Virus record (IMG/VR): IMGVR_UViG_3300045988_187372
Strand: one strand, 5' to 3'
From: a virus
Length of the DNA: 64,000 nucleotides
Shown here: piece after piece, positions 48,436-58,453 of the stretch
Layout: every line of letters starts with the position of its first letter
How positions within the stretch are numbered: position 1 is the stretch's first letter
Notes under the pieces: generated by a model
Databases searched by the model: none
What the model saw: the letters and a program-made list of their open reading frames with translations, nothing else
What the model was told of the DNA's origin: nothing
Made by a program: the position numbers and the translations under genes

Positions 48436-49755
48436 TTAATGAGTAATAATATTAGATAATGCAGTCATAATTTCTTCATTATTTTCTATTATTTGGTTTT
48501 TATCAAAGCCAATTATATACTGAACATAAAAATTATAAAGTACATCATAACTGATTTTGTAATCTAAAATTGACTTATCATTAATAACAGGGGCAAAATT
48601 ATATTCTATGCATAATTGCAATGACTTTAAATTTGCATATTTACCTTTAATAGCCTTTGAAATATCATTAATCCATAAAACATTATGTCCTGCTTCAAAT
48701 TGATTCATACGCAAAGCTGTATATTCAATTTGGAATAATGACTTCTGTTCTTCAGCGGTAAATAATTTTTCAGGCTCAGCATATAATTTTTTAATATTTA
48801 TAATATTATTTGACATAAATTCAAGAATATTACAAATAATTCCACTACCAGTTATTGCTGTTACATTATCAATAGACGATGCTAAAATAGCGTGTTCTTT
48901 TAATTTTCCCTCTGGAATATCAATTAAAAGATTATTTGCTACAGAATTCATTTCTTTTGTTAATGTTTTCTTTATCTGTTTAATAATTTTTGCTTCAAAA
49001 TATGTCGCTTTTATCATACTAAGTTCCTTAATATGATATTTTTCATATAATTCCACACCTAATATTTTTTGTAAATTATGTTTTGCTTCTATATCAGGGA
49101 CAATAATGGTTTTGTTTTCATCAGTCTTTATATATAAAGAATATCTGAACACAGAAAAAGGGATACTTTTTATTGAACCGTAATTTTTATATATATTTAT
49201 TCTTTCATTTAAAAAATTTGTTATATTATTTAATTCATCTTCTGTAAGATTTGATTTTTTCTCATTAACACTATAATGAGCTAAGAAATCTCTTATTGTA
49301 TTTCCTCCATAAATTTCAGTGCCGTTATGATTTTTTATGACATTACCGGCATTAATAATTTTGTCAGGAGTCATAAAATAATTTAAATCTAATCCTTTTA
49401 ATTTAAATACCAAACCCTTATAAATCATTCCATAAGCTAAATCGGCTAATTCGATAATAGAGCGTGTAGGTAAATTTTCAATATTTAATTTAACAACATC
49501 ATCATATTTAAATAAATTAATGAGTGCATTCTTTTTTGCATTATATCCATTTTGTAAATTATAAATATGTAATGGTGATAATTCTAATATATGCCTGCCG
49601 CACATATATCCATACATTGTTTTATAAAAAATATCACATTTGTTATAATCATATTTAAATGCTTTTAAAATTTCTTTAGGATATTTCCTATTTGCTCTTT
49701 TTTTTACATTATTGTTTTTATTACTATTTTCCTTAAATTCAACTTTTGTTATCAT
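48436..49755 (-). CDS. hypothetical protein
   Basis: 439-aa ORF; promoter 49815-49830. Confidence 0.55.
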   Translation of the reverse strand: MITKVEFKENSNKNNNVKKRANRKYPKEILKAFKYDYNKCDIFYKTMYGYMCGRHILELSPLHIYNLQNGYNAKKNALINLFKYDDVVKLNIENLPTRSIIELADLAYGMIYKGLVFKLKGLDLNYFMTPDKIINAGNVIKNHNGTEIYGGNTIRDFLAHYSVNEKKSNLTEDELNNITNFLNERINIYKNYGSIKSIPFSVFRYSLYIKTDENKTIIVPDIEAKHNLQKILGVELYEKYHIKELSMIKATYFEAKIIKQIKKTLTKEMNSVANNLLIDIPEGKLKEHAILASSIDNVTAITGSGIICNILEFMSNNIINIKKLYAEPEKLFTAEEQKSLFQIEYTALRMNQFEAGHNVLWINDISKAIKGKYANLKSLQLCIEYNFAPVINDKSILDYKISYDVLYNFYVQYIIGFDKNQIIENNEEIMTALSNIITH

Positions 49756-49814
49756 ATAAATCCTCCAAAATATATTAATCTTATATTGTTTGATAGAAAA
49801 TTAATTCTATATAA

Positions 49815-49830
49815 TATATATGACAGAACA
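49815..49830 (-). promoter_or_regulatory. conserved promoter motif
   Basis: TATATATGACAGAACA upstream of 48436..49755. Confidence 0.55.
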
Positions 49831-49881
49831 AAATAAAAAACAGGGCAATATATACCCTGTTTTAAATCATTAATTTACATT

Positions 49882-50241
49882 TTAAATATTTATTTCTAAA
49901 TATTTTTCTTGTTCATCATTTAATGCATCATATATTTCCGTAGAAGGAATTACTTCACAATTCATTAAACTATTATGATATGATTTTTTAGAAACATCAT
50001 GACGTAAATGATCAATAGGCACTCTTAGATTCCACATTTTTATTGCTTCATCTTTAGTCTTACCCATTCCACCGCTGGCTCCACAGCCTCCTTTTGCGTA
50101 ATCGCAAGTAATCTTAAAGCCATTAGTTTTAATAGGGATAATACTCATTGAGTCCCACTTTCTACAAAATGGACATCTTTTGAGTCCTACCTTATTTGTC
50201 TTATTTATTGCATTTGTTGACACTGTTGCTGTTGTTACCAT
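49882..50241 (-). CDS. Lar-family restriction alleviation protein
   Basis: CPFCRKW...C..GGCGASGG...KDEAIKMWNLRV matches Lar family CPFCG...eAi.aWNrR pattern. Confidence 0.6.
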   Translation of the reverse strand: MVTTATVSTNAINKTNKVGLKRCPFCRKWDSMSIIPIKTNGFKITCDYAKGGCGASGGMGKTKDEAIKMWNLRVPIDHLRHDVSKKSYHNSLMNCEVIPSTEIYDALNDEQEKYLEINI

Positions 50242-50271
50242 TATTGTATTCTCCTTTTTTCTAGTTGTTTT

Positions 50272-50784
50272 TTAAATTGATGAATTCGAAGAAGTAATTG
50301 TATGTTCGATATTTTCAATTCTTATATTATCATCAAATAATTTTTCTATTGGTGATTTATCTTTGTCTGAAATCAGATTATATTTATTTGCAATTCTTGG
50401 CATCATTCTATGTAAATCTTCAAGTTTAAAACTTCCGTAAAAACTCAGAAAATTCTCACGATTCATACTATAATTGCTATTAGAGTTTTTATAAAATTGA
50501 TTTATTTCTCTTCTTAAAGCTTCTTGTATTATACTCGGAAGCTCTGATACACATGTATGTCGATCTACTATACCTGCATCATACCAGTTGTACTTTTCTA
50601 AATCAGCCTTAGAAATAATAGTTTTGGATAATAAAAATCCAAATGCAGTTATTCTTTCTGACTTTTCAGATTCATGCTTCTTTATAATGATATCTTTAGC
50701 TTCATTAAAATTTTGAAAAGCTATTGGCTCAATTGAATCTGGGATTTCCTCTATAGTATCCTTTAAAGCATAATATTTATACAT
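50272..50784 (-). CDS. hypothetical protein
   Basis: 170-aa ORF; RBS GGAGG. Confidence 0.5.
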   Translation of the reverse strand: MYKYYALKDTIEEIPDSIEPIAFQNFNEAKDIIIKKHESEKSERITAFGFLLSKTIISKADLEKYNWYDAGIVDRHTCVSELPSIIQEALRREINQFYKNSNSNYSMNRENFLSFYGSFKLEDLHRMMPRIANKYNLISDKDKSPIEKLFDDNIRIENIEHTITSSNSSI

Positions 50785-50796
50785 AAAATTACCTCC

Positions 50797-51012
50797 TTAA
50801 GATGCCAATACAGTTGCATCAATAATATCAATTACTTTTCTCAATCCATCATTATATGTTTTGCTTCCGCAAATAATATTAATAATAGAATCCTGAGTTC
50901 TGTTATCATTTAATACACAAAAATCATCTGCTATTACCATTAATTGTTGTGCATCTGTAATTGGCATTAATATTTTTCTGTCACCTATCATTTTTTGATA
51001 TCTCTTCTTCAT
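50797..51012 (-). CDS. hypothetical protein
   Basis: 71-aa ORF; promoter 51046-51060. Confidence 0.45.
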   Translation of the reverse strand: MKKRYQKMIGDRKILMPITDAQQLMVIADDFCVLNDNRTQDSIINIICGSKTYNDGLRKVIDIIDATVLAS

Positions 51013-51045
51013 AATTTTTCTCCTTTGGCTTTGTTATCATATATA

Positions 51046-51060
51046 TTGAATGACAGAAAT
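51046..51060 (-). promoter_or_regulatory. conserved promoter motif
   Basis: TTGAATGACAGAAAT upstream of 50797..51012 / Lar operon. Confidence 0.5.
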
Positions 51061-51127
51061 ATAAAATAAGATAAAAAATATAATACTGTTTCTTAAATTA
51101 AAATCTTAAATGCTGTGATTGTTTAAA

Positions 51128-51742
51128 TTAGTGTTTAGAAAACCATTCTATCCATTTACTTGTGTCTTGTAATTCTATGAATTTACTAGAATATTTTACG
51201 CAATCATAGTGCCCTATTGTGATTAGCGCATAAATAATAAAATTATTTTCATCGTTACTAATTTTGCAATTATAAGATATATTTCTTTTATTCTTTTCTA
51301 AGCAAAAGAATTTATTGTATATTTTTGTTTCATAATTAATTGACTGTAATACAACAACAATAATTTTATTATTTTTTTTGATACACATAAGGTTTTTATT
51401 AAATAATTTTGATTCATATAATGAATAGACATTTTCTCCATCTCTAATTGTTCTATAGAAATATTTTTTTCGTTCATAATAACTTTCTTCCTGATCAATA
51501 ATATAAAAATCGCTTGATTGAAAATTAAAAATGAATAATCTGTTTTTATCTGAAAATAAATTATAATAATTATTGTTATATGCAAGTGTTCCACTTAAAT
51601 CAATTTTGTTATTTTCAGAAAGTCTTGAATTTTGTATTATATGCTTTTTGTTTTCTTGTATGATATTTGGGAATTTTAATTCATATGAATACAGCCTATT
51701 TTCTTTTTTGGTATTTTCAATACATGGTATATTAATAAACAT
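51128..51742 (-). CDS. hypothetical protein
   Basis: 204-aa ORF; promoter 51783-51797. Confidence 0.5.
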   Translation of the reverse strand: MFINIPCIENTKKENRLYSYELKFPNIIQENKKHIIQNSRLSENNKIDLSGTLAYNNNYYNLFSDKNRLFIFNFQSSDFYIIDQEESYYERKKYFYRTIRDGENVYSLYESKLFNKNLMCIKKNNKIIVVVLQSINYETKIYNKFFCLEKNKRNISYNCKISNDENNFIIYALITIGHYDCVKYSSKFIELQDTSKWIEWFSKH

Positions 51743-51857
51743 AATATCTGTTTAACTCCTTAAATTAAAATCTTAATTAATAAATATATGACAGTTTAAA
51801 AAAATATTTTTCGAAAAACAATATAAAAAACAGCCATCAAATGATGACTGTTTTTGC

Positions 51858-52529
51858 TTAAGATTTTTTATTTTTAACTTTTTTAATTATGTTCCAATCC
51901 TCTTCTGTGAAATATGGATACATATCATAGACTGCAAATTCTCCATCTTTTTTAGAAATTGTATATTCTAAAACAATATGAAGTCCATGACAGTCAAAAG
52001 GAATATCATAGTTTGTACCTTTTACAATTCCTTTTCCTATAACCGTATTAGATACTATATCTATAACTAAACGATTATGTCTTCTATCGTTGTAATAAAT
52101 ATCTCTATCCTCACACCAGTTCTGAATTTTAGAAATAATAGAGGTATTATTTGAAGCAATTAAAACTCTCTCTAATGCTTCAGATGCACTTTCTAATGAA
52201 CCAAACCATGTAGGATGAAAGGTACCATTCTTAGCACCTTTCATCCCTTTCTTTTCTTTTGTAGCTTCAGAAATTTTATTTATAGCCCATGAAATTTCTG
52301 GAGCTATATGTTGTAGCACATGAGGAGTATGTTCCTCAACATAATCATTTGCTCCTGATCTGGTTTCAACCAAATCATTAGCTTCAAAATTAAAGAGATA
52401 TTCTTCTGCATCATAAAATTTTTCGATATATGATGCTACATTAAAAAAATCCTTTTTATATGTGCCAGCCTTTTTGTCTGACATAATTTCATTTAATTCT
52501 GCCATAGTGCAGCGTTCCTTTCTTCGCAA
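51858..52529 (-). CDS. hypothetical protein
   Basis: 223-aa ORF. Confidence 0.5.
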   Translation of the reverse strand: MRRKERCTMAELNEIMSDKKAGTYKKDFFNVASYIEKFYDAEEYLFNFEANDLVETRSGANDYVEEHTPHVLQHIAPEISWAINKISEATKEKKGMKGAKNGTFHPTWFGSLESASEALERVLIASNNTSIISKIQNWCEDRDIYYNDRRHNRLVIDIVSNTVIGKGIVKGTNYDIPFDCHGLHIVLEYTISKKDGEFAVYDMYPYFTEEDWNIIKKVKNKKS

Positions 52530-52606
52530 TGTGCGAACAAAAAAGCTACCCTAAAAAGTCTATAAAGACATTTTAAGGTAGCTAAACAAATAGTTCTCAA
52601 AATTAT

Positions 52607-52894
52607 TTAATCTGGATTATATGGATATTCTATAAAGAATTCATATTCCGGATTGTCGCTCATTAAGCGGGCAATATTTTCTGCTTTGGATACATAATAT
52701 GTATGTCTGTTATCCAACCCATCCTTTTCATTAAGCATTTCGCACTTAGCTCGTGTAACAATCTTATGAAACTGATTACCAGATAAATCTACAATTATTT
52801 CGTTATCTCTATAGAAATAATCAATATTTTTTCTTTCAAGAATTTTGTTAATATAAGGAATTAATTCTTCTTTTGCCTTCTTAAAATGTCTCAT
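52607..52894 (-). CDS. hypothetical protein
   Basis: probable start MRHFKKAKE at 52894 with RBS AAGGGAG; promoter 52945-52962 inside longer track ORF. Confidence 0.45.
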   Translation of the reverse strand: MRHFKKAKEELIPYINKILERKNIDYFYRDNEIIVDLSGNQFHKIVTRAKCEMLNEKDGLDNRHTYYVSKAENIARLMSDNPEYEFFIEYPYNPD

Positions 52895-52944
52895 ATATAA
52901 GACTCCCTTCTTGGAGTTATTCTCCATTAAATTTATTGATAAAA

Positions 52945-52962
52945 AATATATGACAGAAAAAA
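52945..52962 (-). promoter_or_regulatory. conserved promoter motif
   Basis: AATATATGACAGAAAAAA upstream of 52607..52894. Confidence 0.55.
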
Positions 52963-52979
52963 CAGTATATGTTAAAGAT

Positions 52980-55313
52980 TTATCCAAACTGTTGTCTTTT
53001 TATTAAAATATTATTATATATTTCATCCCAGTATTTATTTATAGCATCAATTTCTTGTTGATCAGTTAATGCGTTCTTATCGATAATAACATCATCAAGA
53101 CTTTTTATAACAGTATTAGCAGTTTTATAATCTGAAATATTAGTATTCTCAGCTTCTTTTAAAGCATCATATGCTTTTTTGTAACAAAAACTGGCATTTT
53201 CATAATTAGGAAAATCGATTTGGAAAAAATCTTTTTTACCAGAATTATAATTACATTTTTTTCCTTCCCAGTCAATATAATGCTCATAAATAGTTTCAGG
53301 TTTCTCAAATTCCTTATTATCTAAATTCTGGTGCAAATATTCATTAAACTGCTTCCATATTTCTCCACATATTGCTGAACCATTATCAAAATTTTTAGGA
53401 ATATCATATCCGGTCCATATACATGTTGTGTAATATGGTGTATATGCACATAGCCAAGAGTCCTTGTTATCATTCGTTGTTCCAGTTTTTCCTGCACAAA
53501 TCTGATTATCTATTTGATAATTTTTGACGTATCCTTCTGTAAAATTTGAAATTAAACAATCTGTCATCATATAAGCGGTGCCTTTTTTATATACTTGAAT
53601 ATCTTCTTTATTTTGATATATTTCTTCATTTTGACGCAACATATGTTTGATGCATGTATTATTATTGTATTTACCATTATTAGCTAATGCATTGTATGCT
53701 TTAGTCATGTTTTCTACTGTTACACCATTTGTAAAACCACCTATGGCAATTGCAGCATTATTATTATCTTCATATGAAATATTATAAAAGTGCATTTTAT
53801 TTAAATACTCTAAACAATTATTTATTCCAACATTCATTAATGTTTTAACAGCCGTTGTATTGACTGATTGTAATAAAGCTGTTCTTACTGAAATATTGCC
53901 TCTGTAATATCCATCATGATTTTTAGGCTGATATTTACCCTCAAGTGGAGAATCCAAAATCATAGATGATGGATGATAGTCTAAAATATCAAAAGCCGGA
54001 GCATAATCTAATATTGGTTTAATGGAAGAGCCTGGTTGTCTAGGAGATTGATATGCTCTATTTATATATTCATTATCTTCTTGTCCACCTATAATTGCTC
54101 TAACATATCCAGTTTCATTATCAATACACATGGATGATGTTTGAAGAAGATGCCGCCCATCCTCGGATAAGCTGTTATCATATTGTGATAAAACATTTTT
54201 TGAAATTTGTAATAGCTCAAGCTGCTTATCTTTATCTATTGAAGTATATATCCTGTATCCTCCAGTTAATATTTCTTCTTTGTACTTAGAGTATATTTTA
54301 TTATATTGATTAATATAATCTTGCTCATCTTCTGAAGAATCAAAAAGGTATTTAAAATTAAATCTATTTATTTCCATAAGATATTCAATAGAACATTTAA
54401 GTGTATATGAAAATTCATAAGATGTTGGTAAATCAGATGTTTCTTTATATAAAATTAAATCAAGAGGATCTTCTAATGCTTCATTGTATTGTTTTTCTGT
54501 AATTATTTTCTGATTATACATTGTATTAAGGACTTGATTTCTTTTACATATTGCTAATTCATAATTTGTTTCAGGATTATATTTTGTAGGGGCATTTGAA
54601 ATACCTATTAACATTGCGGCCTGAGATATTGTTACATCAGATGCATCACATCCAAAATAATATTTACAAGCTGCCTGAATTCCGTAACAATTGCTGCCAT
54701 AGAAATTAGAGTTTAAATACATTTCAAGTATTTGTTCTTTAGAATATGATTTTTCCATTTCAAGTGATGCTATTATTTCAGTAAGTTTTCTATCTATTGT
54801 TTTGTTTGAATTTTTTATAACAATATTTTTTACAACTTGTTGTGTGATTGTACTGCCGCCCTGAGTTATTTTCCCTTTATTCTTTATATAAGCCAAAGAA
54901 GCTCGTAACAATGCTTTAGCATCAATACCTTTATGAATATAGAAATTCTTATCTTCCACAGCAATATATCCTTGTATTATATAATCACTGACATCGCTGA
55001 TATTAACATATTCATAAGAGCCGTTAATATTAGCTGCCATTAATGTACCGTCATCATAATAAAAGTATGTATTCAGTTCTTTATTAAATTCATCTTGGTT
55101 CATATTTTGTAATGACTCATACGCATTCTCCTGTGCCAATTTGAATTTACTATAAAATTTGATATAAAATACTGATAATGATATTAAAGATAATAATATG
55201 ACTATCATAATAATCAATATAAAAATTTTAAATATGGTTAAAAGATGATTTTTCTGTTTTTTTAGTGGAATATTTTTATCATCATTATAAAGTGGTTGTT
55301 TTTTAGAACTCAT
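52980..55313 (-). CDS. class A penicillin-binding protein (glycosyltransferase + transpeptidase)
   Basis: N-terminal TM anchor; GT51 motifs [12 protein letters not shown] and GGSTITQQ; transpeptidase SxxK (PGSSIKP), SVN, KTGTT. Confidence 0.85.
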   Translation of the reverse strand: MSSKKQPLYNDDKNIPLKKQKNHLLTIFKIFILIIMIVILLSLISLSVFYIKFYSKFKLAQENAYESLQNMNQDEFNKELNTYFYYDDGTLMAANINGSYEYVNISDVSDYIIQGYIAVEDKNFYIHKGIDAKALLRASLAYIKNKGKITQGGSTITQQVVKNIVIKNSNKTIDRKLTEIIASLEMEKSYSKEQILEMYLNSNFYGSNCYGIQAACKYYFGCDASDVTISQAAMLIGISNAPTKYNPETNYELAICKRNQVLNTMYNQKIITEKQYNEALEDPLDLILYKETSDLPTSYEFSYTLKCSIEYLMEINRFNFKYLFDSSEDEQDYINQYNKIYSKYKEEILTGGYRIYTSIDKDKQLELLQISKNVLSQYDNSLSEDGRHLLQTSSMCIDNETGYVRAIIGGQEDNEYINRAYQSPRQPGSSIKPILDYAPAFDILDYHPSSMILDSPLEGKYQPKNHDGYYRGNISVRTALLQSVNTTAVKTLMNVGINNCLEYLNKMHFYNISYEDNNNAAIAIGGFTNGVTVENMTKAYNALANNGKYNNNTCIKHMLRQNEEIYQNKEDIQVYKKGTAYMMTDCLISNFTEGYVKNYQIDNQICAGKTGTTNDNKDSWLCAYTPYYTTCIWTGYDIPKNFDNGSAICGEIWKQFNEYLHQNLDNKEFEKPETIYEHYIDWEGKKCNYNSGKKDFFQIDFPNYENASFCYKKAYDALKEAENTNISDYKTANTVIKSLDDVIIDKNALTDQQEIDAINKYWDEIYNNILIKRQQFG

Positions 55314-55344
55314 AATTATTCTCCTTTATATTTATTTACACAAT

Positions 55345-55360
55345 AAATATGACAGAGAAT
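55345..55360 (-). promoter_or_regulatory. conserved promoter motif
   Basis: AAATATGACAGAGAAT upstream of PBP gene. Confidence 0.6.
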
Positions 55361-55368
55361 AACAAAAA

Positions 55369-55391
55369 GCTCCCACCATTAAGGTGAGAGC
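55369..55391 (-). terminator. intrinsic terminator
   Basis: GCTCTCACCTTAATGGTGGGAGC + TTTTTGTT. Confidence 0.6.
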
Positions 55392-55577
55392 TATAATCAA
55401 AGTTGCTAGTAGAATTGTAAAATTCTATTAAAGTGTATTTTACGACAAAATTACCGGCTTTAACAAAAGTGCTAGTCTTTGAGGAGGCATATATGTATGC
55501 CTAATATGTACCGACAATATTTTATCACATTGTAAATTATAATACAATATTGATTTAATCATTATATGACAGATTTT
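55385..55577 (-). ncRNA. candidate small RNA unit between two promoter motifs
   Basis: promoter motif 55563-55577, hairpin AGGCATATATGTATGCCT, terminator 55369-55391, then second promoter 55345-55360 for PBP gene; only a 16-codon ORF without RBS. Confidence 0.35.
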
Positions 55578-55590
55578 TGATTGCAAATTT

Positions 55591-56724
55591 TTACATAATT
55601 TTATTTTTGCCTGTTCTTTTAGCTTTATACAAATTTTTATCTGCTGCATCAAATAAATCGTGAACGGTATTATTTTTCTTATATTCTGTTATTCCTCCAG
55701 AGAAAGTAAATTGCTGCGGAATATTCTCATATTTAATATTGTTGAATTTAATTCTGATATCGTTAATTATATTATACGCCTCAGTATATTCATAATCTGC
55801 AAATAATATTCCGAATTCTTCGCCTCCATATCTGGCGACAAAAATATTTGATTGGTTAATATTTTGAAGTTCCTTAGCTAAATTAATTAAAACAGTATTT
55901 CCAAATTCATGTCCATATGTATCGTTAACTGATTTAAAATCATCTATATCTATTATACAAAAATAAAGTTTTTTCTTATATGATATCCATTTCTTTGTTG
56001 TATTAAAAAGAGACATATAATTATCTAATCGAGTTAATCCATCTTGTGAAATTTCTTTTAGTAATTGTGCATTTCTATTTTCAGATAAAACCAGTTTAAG
56101 TTCTTTTTCTTTCTCATATTTAATAACAAGTCTCGAATAAATATATGCAAATATTGTTATGATACATGATAAAAACATATATATTAAATAATTTGATGGT
56201 AACTTATTTAATTCAGAGATTGATGATAATGAAATTGTAATAATTTCAAATTGACTTATCAAAAATAATTGCCAATTAACCTTGTTACTACCATATACAA
56301 TACACATAAAAATTGGGCAGGCTATTAATGTATATAATACCGGATAATTATAATGAATGATAATTGAAACCACTATAATTAAAGTTAAAATATACAAAGG
56401 CATGGCTTCATATATTTCTGGTTTAATATTATCTTGATATTTTCTTATAATATGTCTACCGGTAAACCATATTATTAAATTAGATGTAGTAGGTATAAAT
56501 ACATTCAATATAATATAAGATAATATATTTATTGTTTGTTTTTCTATTATTATATGTATTGGTATAAATAATAATTCAAAAACAAATATTGTGATTATTA
56601 TAAGAAGGTTAATAGCCATTATTTTATTTTGAAATTTATTATACAAATATGCATATAAACTGGTTTGTTTTTCTGTATGCTCTATTGTATTATCTTGTAT
56701 TTTAATTTTTTCTATTGTTTTCAT
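55591..56724 (-). CDS. membrane-anchored GGDEF diguanylate cyclase
   Basis: multi-TM N-terminus; DIDDFKSVNDTYGH...RYGGEEFGILFAD. Confidence 0.85.
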   Translation of the reverse strand: MKTIEKIKIQDNTIEHTEKQTSLYAYLYNKFQNKIMAINLLIIITIFVFELLFIPIHIIIEKQTINILSYIILNVFIPTTSNLIIWFTGRHIIRKYQDNIKPEIYEAMPLYILTLIIVVSIIIHYNYPVLYTLIACPIFMCIVYGSNKVNWQLFLISQFEIITISLSSISELNKLPSNYLIYMFLSCIITIFAYIYSRLVIKYEKEKELKLVLSENRNAQLLKEISQDGLTRLDNYMSLFNTTKKWISYKKKLYFCIIDIDDFKSVNDTYGHEFGNTVLINLAKELQNINQSNIFVARYGGEEFGILFADYEYTEAYNIINDIRIKFNNIKYENIPQQFTFSGGITEYKKNNTVHDLFDAADKNLYKAKRTGKNKIM

Positions 56725-56865
56725 AATAATATTTATTAATCACTGAATCCCTTATCTGAAGATAAGGGAAGAAGCAATTCTCCTTTCTGCCATATTGCAT
56801 CTTTTTGTTTCTAATATATGAGCATTTTACAAAGTTATTATCATTTTTTTTAATTAAATCTAACA

Positions 56866-58080
56866 TTACTCTGTTGCATCATAAAATTCTTTCTCCGGAT
56901 ACAATTCATTCAAATTTTCTGCTAAATCAATTTCTTCAAGTAAAGCATTATAATTCATTTTGATTTTTTCAGATTTAATTAAACTTAACATAGCATCTGC
57001 AATTACAGGATCAAATTGAGTACTTTTACCTTTTTCAAGCTCATTGATTACAATTATTGAATCTAAATGTTTTCTATATACTCTGTCACTTGTCATTGCG
57101 TCAAAGGCATCTGCCACAGAAATAATCCTTGCAATATAAGGTATTTGTTCTCCCTTTAAGCCATCTGGGTATCCTTTTCCGTCATATCTTTCATGATGAT
57201 ATTTTGCTCCTAAATCAATGTCCTTAAGCATTGACATATCTTTTAAGATATTTCCGCCTATTACTGTGTGGTTCTTCATTACTTGGTACTCTTCATTTGT
57301 TAATTTTCCTGGTTTGTTTAATATGCTATCCGGAATTCCTAGTTTTCCTATATCATGCAATAGTGCTATTGAATGAATATCTTCAATCTCATTTTTATTC
57401 ATTCCTAATTTATATGCTAATAAGGCTGTATAATCTGCTACTCTGGTTGAATGGCCTTTGGTGTAATTATCTCTGGCATCGATAATATTTGCTATAGTTG
57501 TAACTGTTTGGAGAGACATTTTATTAATTTGTTCTATTTGATTTATTATTGTTTGTGTATTTTGCAAATTTAGGTCTGTATTTCTTTTATAAAACTTTGA
57601 AACAATATATGCTGCAGCAAAGCATAAAATAATTATTGCAAGTTGTATCTCCATGTCTTTGCCACCTGATTTATCAATTTTATTATATGTTTTAATAAAT
57701 ATTGCCGTAATATTCAACACTGTCGAAAATAAACCGGTTACTATAATTAAAGTTGGATCATAATATAAAATTAAAAGCAGGATAATTGGGAATATATAAG
57801 TAAAACATAAAACAGTATTTCCTGTAAATAAGGTAAATGTATACATTATTAAAAACGAGAATGTTACAAAATATTTTAAAAATAGCCAGTTTTTATTATA
57901 AATAAAAACCAACCACCCTGTTAAATTCGGGATACTAATTAATATAGCAAATATTGCAAAATATGGTGGTGATATAGCATGTTTTAACATTTCACCAAAA
58001 TAAATGCCTAATAGTGTTATTGTTATTACTGACCAACCACATAAAAGTGATGTATTTAATCTTTCTTGTTCTCTATCCAT
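56866..58080 (-). CDS. membrane-anchored HD-GYP phosphodiesterase
   Basis: multi-TM N-terminus; HSTRVA...LLHDIGK...HHERYDGKGYPDGL. Confidence 0.85.
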   Translation of the reverse strand: MDREQERLNTSLLCGWSVITITLLGIYFGEMLKHAISPPYFAIFAILISIPNLTGWLVFIYNKNWLFLKYFVTFSFLIMYTFTLFTGNTVLCFTYIFPIILLLILYYDPTLIIVTGLFSTVLNITAIFIKTYNKIDKSGGKDMEIQLAIIILCFAAAYIVSKFYKRNTDLNLQNTQTIINQIEQINKMSLQTVTTIANIIDARDNYTKGHSTRVADYTALLAYKLGMNKNEIEDIHSIALLHDIGKLGIPDSILNKPGKLTNEEYQVMKNHTVIGGNILKDMSMLKDIDLGAKYHHERYDGKGYPDGLKGEQIPYIARIISVADAFDAMTSDRVYRKHLDSIIVINELEKGKSTQFDPVIADAMLSLIKSEKIKMNYNALLEEIDLAENLNELYPEKEFYDATE

Positions 58081-58116
58081 AGGTCCTCCTTATAGTCAAA
58101 AAAAGTTATATTAATA

Positions 58117-58133
58117 TATATATGACAGATAAT
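58117..58133 (-). promoter_or_regulatory. conserved promoter motif
   Basis: TATATATGACAGATAAT upstream of HD-GYP gene; no motif between HD-GYP and GGDEF genes (operon). Confidence 0.6.
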
Positions 58134-58141
58134 ATTAAAAA

Positions 58142-58252
58142 AAGAGTTCAACGTGACTAAGTAAGATCATGCTTACCGTTACCGCTGAACCCTTTTTATA
58201 AAAATATAATTAGCTCCTTTATTTTTAGCTAATAATAATATGACAGAATTAA
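58142..58252 (-). ncRNA. candidate small RNA unit: promoter - ~50-nt imperfect hairpin - T-run
   Basis: promoter motif 58236-58252; long hairpin 58142-58193 (AGAGTTCAACG...CGCTGAACCCT with inner GTAAG/CTTAC) flanked by A-run and T-run; next promoter 58117-58133 drives HD-GYP gene. Confidence 0.35.
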
Positions 58253-58261
58253 AATAAATAA

Positions 58262-58288
58262 AGCGTAGAATAATTAATTCTACGCTTT
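58262..58288 (-). terminator. intrinsic terminator
   Basis: AAAGCGTAGAATTAATTATTCTACGCTTT + ATTTATTTT after small gene/PARP operon. Confidence 0.55.
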
Positions 58289-58297
58289 ACACAATCA

Positions 58298-58441
58298 TTA
58301 TTTATTAATTTTTTTCTGATGTAAATTATTTATAAAAGTGATTGCCTCAGGAGGCAATGGAGAAAATCTATATACTTTTTTCATTTCTTCTTCGCAGCAT
58401 ATACCTGCTCTTTTTAATTCATATATATTTTTCTTTTTCAT
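58298..58441 (-). CDS. small protein (47 aa, not in ORF track)
   Basis: MKKKNIYELKRAGICCEEEMKKVYRFSPLPPEAITFINNLHQKKINK; strong RBS AAGGAGG; terminator 58262-58288. Confidence 0.4.
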   Translation of the reverse strand: MKKKNIYELKRAGICCEEEMKKVYRFSPLPPEAITFINNLHQKKINK

Positions 58442-58453
58442 AAAATTTCCTCC

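Noticed and set aside
51298-51594. ORF 51298..51594 (-) inside 51128..51742
   Set aside because: It is an alternative frame within a longer ORF that has a promoter and an RBS.
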